In this document: piece by piece, positions 8,324 through 18,154 of the stretch | Layout: every line of letters begins with the position of its first letter | Numbering within the stretch: position 1 is the stretch's first letter | Source of the DNA: Mesotaenium endlicherianum | Lineage: Eukaryota | Length of the DNA: 64,000 bases | Reading direction: 5' to 3' | NCBI GenBank assembly: GCA_009602735.1 | Contig: WELA01002708.1 | Span: 186,001-250,000, forward strand | The notes under the pieces: generated by a model | What the model saw: only the letters and a program-made list of their open reading frames with translations | Told to the model about the DNA's origin: nothing | Databases searched by the model: none | Program-made: the position numbers and the translations under genes

Positions 8324-11300
8324 TTAGGGTTGTTCTACTTTATTGACTTTATTCTTCTCCTGCTGCACCTGTATCAGTTTTTGCTGTGCTTCTGTTTTCA
8401 ACTCGGCGATCGTAGCATTCTCAACGATACTCTTAAAAGTTGCTTCGGCATTGAACCAGTCTTTCTCTTTGGTATAGATATCGCCCAGCAGTATATAGCT
8501 TTTGGTAACCCAGTATTCATAGGAGCCCAGCTTCTTGATCACTTCAAAAGCTCCTTTTTCCGCCTCGGGTAATTTGTTCTCTCCGAACAGTATTTCTGCA
8601 GAACGGTATTGCGCTTCAGCACTCCATTCAGATTTACCGGCAGCCACTACTTGTTTGTATGCGGCCAGCGCCAGATCGGGTTCGTTGCTCGACTGGTGAT
8701 TTTTGGCAACCACCATATTGGCCATCATCCGGTCGTCTGTGGCAATGCCTTTCTCCTGCAACAACTCCTGCGCATTGGGCGCCGCTTCCTTCCATTTTTG
8801 TGCTTTGAACTGGCAACGCAGGAGACCACGCATGGCTTCCAGTTTATTTTCCTGTTGCTTGGCCAGTTCTTTCAGTTGGGTGAAATATTTTTCTGCAGAA
8901 GCATAATCTTTCAAATCGAAATAATAAATGCGTGCCGCCTGCAGCAGGCTTCTTTCGGCATACTGGCTCTGCCCTTTGGCAGCAACGGCTGTATAATAAG
9001 GAAGCGCTTTGTTGTAATCTTTAGCAACGATGTACAATTCTGCGATGAAATAATTGACTTCTATATTGTAGCGGCCGTCGGGGAATTTAGACAGGTAATC
9101 AGCAAAGCCTGCTTTGGCTCCTGCCACATCCTTTGCATCATACCGTATCATGGCAGAACGGAACGTGAGTGAATCTTCTTCGTTATAAGTTACGGGCTTT
9201 CCCTGTTGGCGCATGAAAGCCACAAAATCGCCGGGCTTTTGATTGGCTACAAAAATGTTGCGGATATATTCCACTGCATCACTACTTTCCTGCGTATTAG
9301 GATAATAAGCCACCAATTTCTTAAACTGCTCCAAAGATTCGGCGTTCTTATCCAGGTTAAAATACGCAATACCCATTTTCAAATAAGCCTGTGGGTGCAG
9401 GGAAGTGGCTTTGTTGTTATCCAGCACCAGTTTCAACGGCGCCAGTGCAGCCTGGAAATTTTCATCGGCCATATAAGTATTGGCAATCTCCATATTGGCT
9501 TCGGCTGTATAAGCAGAACCGGGGAACTGGCGCTCCAACGATTGCAGCAAGCCTACTTTCTCTGTGTTCTTGCTTGAAGCGCCGGCTATCACTGCTTTTT
9601 GCAGCAGTGCATAATCGGCACCTGGTAAACGCTGGCTGAGCACTTGTTCATACATGCGCAAAGCTTGTTTGTAATTCCGGGTCATGAAATAACAATCGGC
9701 CGCACGCAAATAAGCATCCTGCTCAATGGCAGAAGACGCACTGGAAACATTGCTTCCAGCCACCTGTTCAAAATGTCCGCGGGCCGCTTCGTAATTCTCT
9801 GTTTTCAGTTCGCTGTAGGCCAGACTGTAACGCGCATTGGCGGGATTCACTTCTCCGTTGACCAGGGGATTGCGCAGGTAGTTGCTCAGGAAACCGATCG
9901 CGGTGCCCGGATCGCCTTTGCGATATGCGATCTCCCCTTTCCAGAAATAGGTATAAGGAAGTTGCTGGTTGTTATAGGGCGATTGTATGATCCTCGTAAG
10001 CAATTCGTCTGCCTTGGTGATCTGCTGGTCATTGATCAGTTCTATCGAACGGCCATACAACAAACGCGGGTACAGCTTCACTGTATTTTCACTCTGCCCC
10101 GTGAGGCTTTCATACAGACTCAACGCATCTTTATAATTGCTGGTATTGGCCAGTGTGCTTACCAACAACTCTTTGGCTTCCTGGGAAAATTTCGATTGCG
10201 GATGATCGGTGAGGAAAGACCGGAATCCTTTCAGCGCCGCATCCATATAACCCAGGTCGTAAGACAGTTTCGCGTAGTTGAACTGCGATACTTCTTTCTG
10301 CGACGCGTTGCTGTTATTGGAAGCGCAGAAAAGGAAAGCATTGCGTGCATTCGGTTTGTCGTTTGTCTTCAGGTAAGCATCCCCCAGCAGGTACATGCTG
10401 TTCTGCGCCAGGGAGTCTTCTCCTCCTCCCAACTGTTTGAATCCATCGATGGATTTTGGCCAGTTACCGGCTTCATAATAACAATAGGATAATTCATAAA
10501 GATCTTCGCGCCTTACTTTGTCTTTTTTAGATACATACTGCTCCAGGTAAGGCAGTGCACGCGCATACTGTTTCTTTTCAAAGAGGATATGTCCAACCAA
10601 TTGCCTCAATTGCAGGTCATAATATTGGCCGGGCGTCGACAACATTTGCTCTCCATATTCGAGGGCCTTGTCTCTTTCACCGTTGAAATAATAGATCTCG
10701 GCAATATAAAAGGGAACGATGTTCTGGTATGCGGGCGATTGCTGCGCTATGCGAAAACACTCCAGCGCCTGGCTATAATTCTTCTCACTAAAAACGATGA
10801 AGCCATAATAATAGTTGGCATCAACATAATTAGGATCTTTCGGCAACTGGCGGATAGCATTGAACAAGGGCTTTGCCTTATCGAACTGCTGCATGCTGAA
10901 ATAGGCATACCCCTGGTGAAATTTCATGTTAGCAATTTCACTGTTGCTCAGGTTGGCAATATTAGCCTGCTGATAATATTCCTGTGCTTTACCCAGGTTT
11001 TTGGTACGGTAATAATATTCGGCAAGATGATAGTTCATCATCTGCACATGCGGTACATCGTGTTCCAATTCTGAGAAAGCCACAGCCATGGGTTCGGCTG
11101 TTTCATCGTTCAGTTGTAATCCGCAGATGATATAATAATATTTGGCTTCCAGCTGTACCGACATAGGCAGGTTGGTTTTACCGATGCCGTTGCTGTATAT
11201 TTTTTTGAACACGGGATAAGCCAGGCTGAATTGTTCCTTCTGGTACAATTCCTTGGCCGATTTGAACTCGGCATCCGGATCTTGTAAAACCTGCGTGGTT

Positions 11301-11368
11301 TGTGCATGAACCAATGGTCCTACACTGCAGCCAACGACAAGTAAACCAATCTTGAGAAGTTTATTCAT
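8324..11368 (-). CDS. Large exported tetratricopeptide-repeat protein
   Basis: 1014 aa, signal peptide, many TPR-like helical repeats (e.g. ANYYYGFIVF, AYLKMGIAYF). Confidence 0.9.
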   Translation of the reverse strand: MNKLLKIGLLVVGCSVGPLVHAQTTQVLQDPDAEFKSAKELYQKEQFSLAYPVFKKIYSNGIGKTNLPMSVQLEAKYYYIICGLQLNDETAEPMAVAFSELEHDVPHVQMMNYHLAEYYYRTKNLGKAQEYYQQANIANLSNSEIANMKFHQGYAYFSMQQFDKAKPLFNAIRQLPKDPNYVDANYYYGFIVFSEKNYSQALECFRIAQQSPAYQNIVPFYIAEIYYFNGERDKALEYGEQMLSTPGQYYDLQLRQLVGHILFEKKQYARALPYLEQYVSKKDKVRREDLYELSYCYYEAGNWPKSIDGFKQLGGGEDSLAQNSMYLLGDAYLKTNDKPNARNAFLFCASNNSNASQKEVSQFNYAKLSYDLGYMDAALKGFRSFLTDHPQSKFSQEAKELLVSTLANTSNYKDALSLYESLTGQSENTVKLYPRLLYGRSIELINDQQITKADELLTRIIQSPYNNQQLPYTYFWKGEIAYRKGDPGTAIGFLSNYLRNPLVNGEVNPANARYSLAYSELKTENYEAARGHFEQVAGSNVSSASSAIEQDAYLRAADCYFMTRNYKQALRMYEQVLSQRLPGADYALLQKAVIAGASSKNTEKVGLLQSLERQFPGSAYTAEANMEIANTYMADENFQAALAPLKLVLDNNKATSLHPQAYLKMGIAYFNLDKNAESLEQFKKLVAYYPNTQESSDAVEYIRNIFVANQKPGDFVAFMRQQGKPVTYNEEDSLTFRSAMIRYDAKDVAGAKAGFADYLSKFPDGRYNIEVNYFIAELYIVAKDYNKALPYYTAVAAKGQSQYAERSLLQAARIYYFDLKDYASAEKYFTQLKELAKQQENKLEAMRGLLRCQFKAQKWKEAAPNAQELLQEKGIATDDRMMANMVVAKNHQSSNEPDLALAAYKQVVAAGKSEWSAEAQYRSAEILFGENKLPEAEKGAFEVIKKLGSYEYWVTKSYILLGDIYTKEKDWFNAEATFKSIVENATIAELKTEAQQKLIQVQQEKNKVNKVEQP

Positions 11369-11500
11369 AGCAAATGGGGTGTGCTTTAAGCTAAAACCTG
11401 TTTTAAAGGTAGCACGAGCTTTGCTTTAGCAAACATCATTCCATGATTTGTGGAAAAACAGATAGTTCCCGTAAGTTTGTCAACAAATCAGGATAACTCT

Positions 11501-11929
11501 ATGTACGAGCACATTAGCCAGGTAAGGGTACGTTATGCAGAGACCGACCAGATGGACATTGTATATTATGGCAATTACGCCCAGTACTTCGAAGTAGGCC
11601 GTACAGAAAGCATTCGCGATCTGGGTTTTACGTACAAAGAAATGGAAGCAATGGGTGTTCGTATGCCTGTGGTGGAGTTGAAGGCGCGCTACCTGCGGCC
11701 GGCCCATTACGACGATCTCATTACCATCAAGACCATATTGAAAGAATTACCCCAGGGGCATTCCATCACTTTTTTTAACGAAGTATATAACGAAAAAAAC
11801 AAACTGCTCACCACCGGCGAAGTAACCCTGTATTTCATCAGTATTGAAACAGGCAAGCGCACGGTGATTCCCCACGAACTCCGGTCAAAGCTGGCGGTTT
11901 ATTTTCCCGAAGAAGGTTTGATCCTGTAA
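11501..11929 (+). CDS. Acyl-CoA thioesterase (YbgC/YbaW hot-dog family)
   Basis: RVRYAETDQMDIVYYGNYAQYFEVGR; ATG 11501 preferred. Confidence 0.9.
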   Translation: MYEHISQVRVRYAETDQMDIVYYGNYAQYFEVGRTESIRDLGFTYKEMEAMGVRMPVVELKARYLRPAHYDDLITIKTILKELPQGHSITFFNEVYNEKNKLLTTGEVTLYFISIETGKRTVIPHELRSKLAVYFPEEGLIL

Positions 11930-12687
11930 CCGACAATCAGCTTGATGATGGGTTGGTCGGATGCGCTGGTCAATCCCCACCCATACCCGAGATTCAATTC
12001 CCAGTCGGATGATATATTGAGATCGGTAACAGCGAATAACTGATGTTGCTGCTGCGGATAGGGATCGAAACGAAACAGGTTACCCACAGAGCCATAATAT
12101 TCCATTCCCACCGCGGCTACTTTTAACAGGTCATAACTGGCTTTGAAATTGGGTGAGAAAATAAATCCCTTGTTGCTGTTGAGGCCATGGAGCGACTTTT
12201 CGAAAGTTGGATTGAAAGAGAGATACGTCTTCCCTATTTTCTTATCTACAATGGGTCTGATCTCCCAGTTCCAGTCGTCTTCGCTGTATTGCGGTTTCTG
12301 ATAACCTACCTCCATTGAAAGACTGGCCCCCAATGGCCAACCCCAGCTATCCGGTACCCTTACCCTCGGCCGTATATGGCTGCCTACATAGCTGGTTCTA
12401 TTATCCGAACCGATGGCATTGAACAGGTAAAACCCCACTTCTAACCAGGGCGTAAACCCATGGGTAATTTCAATGGTTTCGTGCAATATATGGTGCGTGG
12501 GAAGCACACCGTTCTCCACCAGTTTGGTGCCGCCGAAAATATAATTGCTGTGCAGCTCAACCATGGTAGTACGATGCTTCACCGTTTCCGACCCATATAC
12601 CTGTATTTCATAATTGTCCTGCGCCTGGCTCAATAGTCCATTCAACAAACAATACAAAAACACCCCCTTTCTTTTCCAATACATCAT
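11899..12687 (-). CDS. Hypothetical outer-membrane beta-barrel-like protein
   Basis: Signal peptide (SQA-QDNY), alternating beta-strand pattern, terminal KLIVGY. Confidence 0.65.
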   Translation of the reverse strand: MMYWKRKGVFLYCLLNGLLSQAQDNYEIQVYGSETVKHRTTMVELHSNYIFGGTKLVENGVLPTHHILHETIEITHGFTPWLEVGFYLFNAIGSDNRTSYVGSHIRPRVRVPDSWGWPLGASLSMEVGYQKPQYSEDDWNWEIRPIVDKKIGKTYLSFNPTFEKSLHGLNSNKGFIFSPNFKASYDLLKVAAVGMEYYGSVGNLFRFDPYPQQQHQLFAVTDLNISSDWELNLGYGWGLTSASDQPIIKLIVGYRIKPSSGK

Positions 12688-12697
12688 GATTCAAATT

Positions 12698-14092
12698 TTA
12701 TTTCAATTCATCTAACACAACAAACATTTTCTTAACGATATCGTTGGTAGAGCCGCTGTAATTATTGATCAGCAGCGCTACAGTATAAGTTGTACCGTCT
12801 TTCGCTTTATGATACCCGGCAAATCCCTTAACCGCTCCAATGGTTCCGCTTTTCAGTTTCATATTATTATATACAGGTAATGCATCATAATAATAAGGAA
12901 ACCAGGGCCTTGTGTGGGCATATTGCAATACTTTTACCAACGCATCTACAGTAATATGATTTTGGGGAGAAAGACCACTTCCATCGATCATACGCAGGCC
13001 TGCTGGGTCGATACCCCGTTCTTTCCAAAACTGCTTAACGATTTCCAATCCTTTTTCCGTGGAGCCGAACCCTGTTTTTTCGTAAGCGATGGTTTTGAGC
13101 AATGTTTCGCCATAAAAGTTGATGCTCTTCTTCATGAACCAATAGTTGATGCTGTCGAGCGTGGGCGACAGGTAGGTGTAAAGTGATTGGTAGTTGGCGG
13201 TGTCAACCCCTTCCGTAATATAATTGAATGAAGTGGGTTTCATGCCAGCCTTAGCAAGCCCTTGCGCAAAAGCCGACAATAATTGCATAGGCGGATCGGG
13301 CATGGAGGCTGCCACTACGAAAGCCTGCTCACCCGCTGGGATCGTTCCACGCAGGTATCCGCGGTTACTTAAAGGGGAAGTGTATACAATGGAATTATCC
13401 CCGGAACTTTTATCCGCAGCCGTAAGCTCACTAACAAGCTGTACATGATACAATTCGGGGTCTGATTTTACAATATGTACAGAATCACCAATTTGTGACC
13501 CTGAATTCAATATAATATCAAATTGGTTTTCATGCCAATTCAATGCCGATGTACCAGCGCCATAGTAATTGCCGATATCATCCCAGGGCCATCCGCCTGG
13601 CACCGTATTGGTTTCCCATTTCTGCGTATGCCCGATCAAAGCGCCTTTCAACCGGCGGATGCCCCGCGCCTGCAAAGTTTGCGTCAATTGCCGCATGATG
13701 GCAGAATCTCGGGTATTCTTATAACGCCAGCTTCCCATGGTGGGATCGCCATAACCGGTAATGTGAATATTCCCTTTCAACTTGTTGTTAATCAGGTAGC
13801 CATCGTAGCCGATTTCAGTTTTATATCGGAAACCGGGCCCCAGTAATTCCATCGCAGTAGCGCTGGTAATGATCTTCTGGCAACTGGCAGGAGCAAGCCC
13901 GGTCTCCGGATTCAGTTCAAACACCAGTTCGCCCGTCTCACTATTCACCAATTTCATACCCATTATGGCGTGTTTCATTTGCGGGTCGGCCAGCAAAGCA
14001 GTGGTTGCAGTTTCCAGTTTTGTTTTAACAGATTGAGCGTGCAAGACCATCATACACAATGAACAGACCGTTCCTGCTAAAAGCTTTTTCAT
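12698..14092 (-). CDS. dacB: D-alanyl-D-alanine carboxypeptidase/endopeptidase (PBP4, peptidase S13)
   Basis: PASCQK (SxxK), SIN (SxN), DGSGLS, KSGT (KTG-like); start at MKKLL (14092). Confidence 0.92.
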   Translation of the reverse strand: MKKLLAGTVCSLCMMVLHAQSVKTKLETATTALLADPQMKHAIMGMKLVNSETGELVFELNPETGLAPASCQKIITSATAMELLGPGFRYKTEIGYDGYLINNKLKGNIHITGYGDPTMGSWRYKNTRDSAIMRQLTQTLQARGIRRLKGALIGHTQKWETNTVPGGWPWDDIGNYYGAGTSALNWHENQFDIILNSGSQIGDSVHIVKSDPELYHVQLVSELTAADKSSGDNSIVYTSPLSNRGYLRGTIPAGEQAFVVAASMPDPPMQLLSAFAQGLAKAGMKPTSFNYITEGVDTANYQSLYTYLSPTLDSINYWFMKKSINFYGETLLKTIAYEKTGFGSTEKGLEIVKQFWKERGIDPAGLRMIDGSGLSPQNHITVDALVKVLQYAHTRPWFPYYYDALPVYNNMKLKSGTIGAVKGFAGYHKAKDGTTYTVALLINNYSGSTNDIVKKMFVVLDELK

Positions 14093-14156
14093 TATACCTC
14101 TCATGATCCAATTGATTATCCTGTTACCTTGTGCCAAATTTCAGCAGGGCTAATTT

Positions 14157-15413
14157 ATGGAAAAAGTTTTTGCCTCAATTATTACGATTGGCGATGAGTT
14201 ACTGATAGGACAAGTTGTGGATACCAACAGCGCCTGGATAGCACAGGAATTAAATAAAGCAGGGATCATGATTCGCAACAGGGTGGCGGTTGGCGATGTG
14301 CGGGATGATATCTGGAAAGCATTGGATGAAGAAAGTGAAAAGGCGCCCCTGGTGCTGATCACAGGCGGATTGGGACCTACTGCCGATGATATTACCAAGC
14401 CGTTGCTCTGTGATTACTTTGGAGGCAGGATGATCCTGCATGAGCCCACCTTATTGCATGTACAGCATTTATTCGAGCGCGTTTTTAAAAGACCGCTCAC
14501 AGAGCGAAACCGCAAACAGGCAGAAGTACCCGATGTTTGCACCGTGTTGCGGAATGCTTTGGGTACTGCGCCCGGCATGTTGTTCAAAAAAGGGAACACC
14601 CGCTTTATTTCCATGCCCGGCGTACCCCAGGAGATGAAATGGATCATGGAACACCAGGTGATACCACAATTATCTTCCTGGTACCAAACCGGCCATATTG
14701 AACACAGAACTTTACTTACGGCAGGGATCGGCGAATCATCCCTGGCCGATATGATCAAAGACATTGAAGGAGCACTGCCCGCACATATTAAACTGGCTTA
14801 TCTCCCCAATTATGGAATGGTGCGGCTTCGCCTGACGGCTTTTGGTAACGATTCGCAACTATTACAAAAGGAGATCGACCATCATTTTGGTTTGCTGGTT
14901 ACAGCAGTAAAAGATTACCTGGTGATCGATGATGATATTCCCCTGGAATTGGTGGTGGGGCATCTCCTCAAAGAGAGGGGAAAAACATTGACTACTGCCG
15001 AGAGTTGCACCGGCGGTTATATTGCCCATAAGCTTACCTCCCATGCCGGCTCGTCGGCTTATTTTATGGGAAGCGTGGTGAGTTATGACAACAGCATCAA
15101 ACAACGGGTATTGGATGTAAAGGCTGCTACGCTCGAAAGCAAGGGAGCCGTAAGCGAAGAGACTGTTCGTGAAATGATCCAGGGCATTTTGCAGGTAATG
15201 CAGACTGATTATGCTGTTGCTGTGAGCGGCATCATGGGGCCTGATGGTGGCAGCAAGGAAAAGCCGGTAGGTATGGTGTGGATCGCTGTGGGCGACCACT
15301 CTGAAACCATTGCCCGGCAATTCCATTTCCGGTTCGACCGGATGCGTAATATTGAATTAACGGCTATCAATGCCCTGAACCTTTTACGCCAGTTCATCCT
15401 GCAAAAGAGTTGA
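14157..15413 (+). CDS. cinA: Competence/damage-inducible protein CinA (MoCF-binding + NMN deamidase PncC)
   Basis: IGDELLIGQVVDTN, TGGLGPTADD, TAESCTGG, SGIMGPDGG..KPVG. Confidence 0.93.
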   Translation: MEKVFASIITIGDELLIGQVVDTNSAWIAQELNKAGIMIRNRVAVGDVRDDIWKALDEESEKAPLVLITGGLGPTADDITKPLLCDYFGGRMILHEPTLLHVQHLFERVFKRPLTERNRKQAEVPDVCTVLRNALGTAPGMLFKKGNTRFISMPGVPQEMKWIMEHQVIPQLSSWYQTGHIEHRTLLTAGIGESSLADMIKDIEGALPAHIKLAYLPNYGMVRLRLTAFGNDSQLLQKEIDHHFGLLVTAVKDYLVIDDDIPLELVVGHLLKERGKTLTTAESCTGGYIAHKLTSHAGSSAYFMGSVVSYDNSIKQRVLDVKAATLESKGAVSEETVREMIQGILQVMQTDYAVAVSGIMGPDGGSKEKPVGMVWIAVGDHSETIARQFHFRFDRMRNIELTAINALNLLRQFILQKS

Positions 15414-15581
15414 TTAAATATCGCACCCGAACCATTATTTTTGTTGAGGTATAAGCACTTGTGCATACCTGTTTTTCGAGTCAGGAAAAGTTTTGGCCGA
15501 TGATTATCCGATTTGTTTTAACATTGCGCAAAACTAACACTTGATCGTTTTTTTTTAGACCATTAAAAACAGTACGATAGT

Positions 15582-17009
15582 ATGGCAATAGCGGAACTGG
15601 TGATGCCCAAACTGGGCGAAAGCATCATGGAAGCCACCATTCTCAAATGGCATAAACAGGTGGGTGACCGTGTGCAGTTGGATGAAACGGTACTTGAGAT
15701 TGCTACCGATAAAGTAGACAGTGAAGTGCCTTCCACCGTTGAAGGGATTATTACCGAATTATTGTTCCAGGTGAATGAAGTAGTACCCATTGGCACTGTT
15801 ATTGCTAAAATTGAAACCGGTGTTGCTGAAGCGCCTGCTGACCATGAGCCTGTTTTTGCTCCTACAGTCGAGCGCCAGGAAGCTGTAGCGCCTGTGCCAA
15901 CAGAACAACCTGCAAAGCAGGAAGCACCGGTTGCGGAACTGACCGCCGAAGAAGTACCCTATGTACCCAATGCCGTAGAAATACCCAGTAAGCCTTCCGG
16001 CGCCCGTTTCTATTCCCCGCTGGTGTTGAATATTGCCAACAGTGAAGGCATCAGCCTGAGCGAACTGGAACGTGTACAGGGTAGCGGCAACGAAGGAAGG
16101 GTTACCAAAAAAGATATCCTGCAATATATACAGCAGAAAAAAGAAGGACATATTCCTGTTTACACGGCGCCGCAAACAACCACCACTGTCCCTGTACAAA
16201 CTGCCATCACACCAGCTCCAAGTGTACCAGCGGTAGCTATTAGCTATTCCGGCAGGGTGGCCGACCCATCCCAGGTGGTACTCAGTGGCAGCACCGAGAT
16301 AATGGAGATGGACAGAATGCGCAGGCTGATTGCCAAACACATGGTTGACAGCAAGCATACCAGTCCGCATGTGACCAGCTTTGCCGAAGCCGATGTAACC
16401 AATATGGTCATGTGGCGCGAGCGCGTGAAGAAAGATTTCGAGCAAAGAGAAGGTACCAAACTCACTTTCACTCCCATGTTCATAGAGTGCGTTGTAAACG
16501 TCATCAAACGTTTCCCGCTGGTGAATTGTTCGCTCGAAGGCGATAAGATCATCATCAAAAAAGATATCAATATTGGCATGGCTACCGCACTACCCAGTGG
16601 CAACCTGATCGTACCTGTGATCAAAGGGGCCGATCAATTAAATGTGGTAGGATTGAGTAAAGCCGTAAATAACCTGGCCGATGCTGCACGCAATAACCGG
16701 CTCAAGCCCGATGATACCAATGGCGGCACTTTTACGCTCACCAATGTAGGTACTTTCGGCAGCCTCATGGGCACACCTATTATTAACCAGCCGCAGGTAG
16801 CCATACTGGCCGTTGGCGCCATCAAAAAACGTCCTATGGTTATTGAGTCGCCCAATGGCGATACCATCGGCATCCGGCACATGATGTACCTCTCACTCAG
16901 CTATGACCACCGCATTGTAGATGGCAGCATTGGCGCCAGCTTCCTAACAGAAGTGGCTAAAGAGTTTGAGAAATGGGATGTCAATAAGCAATGGTTCCAT
17001 TACATATAA
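15582..17009 (+). CDS. 2-oxo-acid dehydrogenase E2 (dihydrolipoamide acyltransferase family)
   Basis: Lipoyl motif ATDKVDSEVPS, E3-binding GSGNEGRVTKKD, catalytic DHRIVDG. Confidence 0.93.
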   Translation: MAIAELVMPKLGESIMEATILKWHKQVGDRVQLDETVLEIATDKVDSEVPSTVEGIITELLFQVNEVVPIGTVIAKIETGVAEAPADHEPVFAPTVERQEAVAPVPTEQPAKQEAPVAELTAEEVPYVPNAVEIPSKPSGARFYSPLVLNIANSEGISLSELERVQGSGNEGRVTKKDILQYIQQKKEGHIPVYTAPQTTTTVPVQTAITPAPSVPAVAISYSGRVADPSQVVLSGSTEIMEMDRMRRLIAKHMVDSKHTSPHVTSFAEADVTNMVMWRERVKKDFEQREGTKLTFTPMFIECVVNVIKRFPLVNCSLEGDKIIIKKDINIGMATALPSGNLIVPVIKGADQLNVVGLSKAVNNLADAARNNRLKPDDTNGGTFTLTNVGTFGSLMGTPIINQPQVAILAVGAIKKRPMVIESPNGDTIGIRHMMYLSLSYDHRIVDGSIGASFLTEVAKEFEKWDVNKQWFHYI

Positions 17010-17074
17010 TTGTTGGATGCTAGTTGTTAGAGTTGAGTGATATAGCTCCCTTTCTTACAACTAGCATCTAACAA
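17010..17074. repeat. Heptamer-built inverted repeat, copy A
   Basis: TTGTTGGATGCTAGTTGT (17010-17027) / ACAACTAGCATCTAACAA (17057-17074), 18 bp with one G-T pair; between convergent genes. Confidence 0.85.
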
Positions 17075-17075
17075 C

Positions 17076-18146
17076 TCACCACTTAACGCCTTCCTTCATA
17101 TCATCTGCCGGCGTCAGTATCACCTGCTCGCCTTCCTTGATATCACCGAATATTTCGGCTTCTTTCGTAGTTTCATTACCGGTTCGGATATCTACTTTCG
17201 TAAGCGCACCATTACGTACCACCCAAACATATTTTCTTTCGGTTGAAGTAACCACTGCAGATCTCGGAACAGACAAAGCGGTTTCATTGCCCTTCGATTC
17301 CAGCAATACATCTGCATACATACCCGGGGCCAGCGTGTTGCCATTATTCTGTACATCTGCTTCAATACGCTCAGACCTGAACTGGGTATTCATGTTCATC
17401 GATTTTCTGCTCAGTACGGCAGCTATCTTTTTGCCGGGCGCTGTGCTGGTTGAAAAGAAAAGTGTGTCTTTTTCGTGAAGCGATATGGCGATCTCTTCGG
17501 GCACATCTATCTGCAAACGCAAATGATCTACCTGCTTCAGTTCCAGCATCGGCTTGTCTTTCACAGCAGCACTTACCAGGGCGCCGGGGTGTACATTTCG
17601 TTCAGTGATTACGCCATCGAATGGCGCTCTCACCTGTAAATAGTCGATCATGGTTTGCTGCAAACGCCATTCGGCTTTTTGTGCATTGCATATGGCACTG
17701 TCTGCCGACACTTTAGCTGCGGCGGAAGAAAGGTCCAGCGGAGATACCGCACCTGCTGTGCGGGCTGCTTCCTGCAAACGATGGTATTTTTCTTTGTCGA
17801 TGAGCCAGTCAGCCTGTGCCCGCGTATATTTTTCCTTTGCCTGCACCACAGCCTGTTCCAGTTCAGGCGCTTCAAGGGTCATCAGTAAAGTGCCTTTGCT
17901 AACGGCGCTGCCGATATCCACTTTCACTGTCTGCACATAAGCATTCAGTTTAGGGAATATACTTACCTCCTGATAAGCGCTTAATTGTGCAGGCAGTTTC
18001 ACTTCTTTTGCAACACCTGCTTTCTTCACGGTGGCTACCGGATAATGGGCAGGGATGTTCGCAACCTGCTGTTTTTCTTCCGCACGGTTCGTTGAGCAGG
18101 CGGCCAGCACAACACTTGCAGTAATGGATATGAGTATGTATTTCAT
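17076..18146 (-). CDS. RND efflux periplasmic adaptor (MFP), lipoprotein
   Basis: Lipobox LAAC; VRAPFDGVIT, LAPGMY, VPRSAV motifs. Confidence 0.92.
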   Translation of the reverse strand: MKYILISITASVVLAACSTNRAEEKQQVANIPAHYPVATVKKAGVAKEVKLPAQLSAYQEVSIFPKLNAYVQTVKVDIGSAVSKGTLLMTLEAPELEQAVVQAKEKYTRAQADWLIDKEKYHRLQEAARTAGAVSPLDLSSAAAKVSADSAICNAQKAEWRLQQTMIDYLQVRAPFDGVITERNVHPGALVSAAVKDKPMLELKQVDHLRLQIDVPEEIAISLHEKDTLFFSTSTAPGKKIAAVLSRKSMNMNTQFRSERIEADVQNNGNTLAPGMYADVLLESKGNETALSVPRSAVVTSTERKYVWVVRNGALTKVDIRTGNETTKEAEIFGDIKEGEQVILTPADDMKEGVKW

Positions 18147-18154
18147 TTTGTAAA

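Noticed and set aside
11899..11929. 31-bp convergent overlap of thioesterase and barrel genes
   Set aside because: Short tail-to-tail overlaps are common (also 4973-4976, 33833-33836, 38740-38753); no sign of special function
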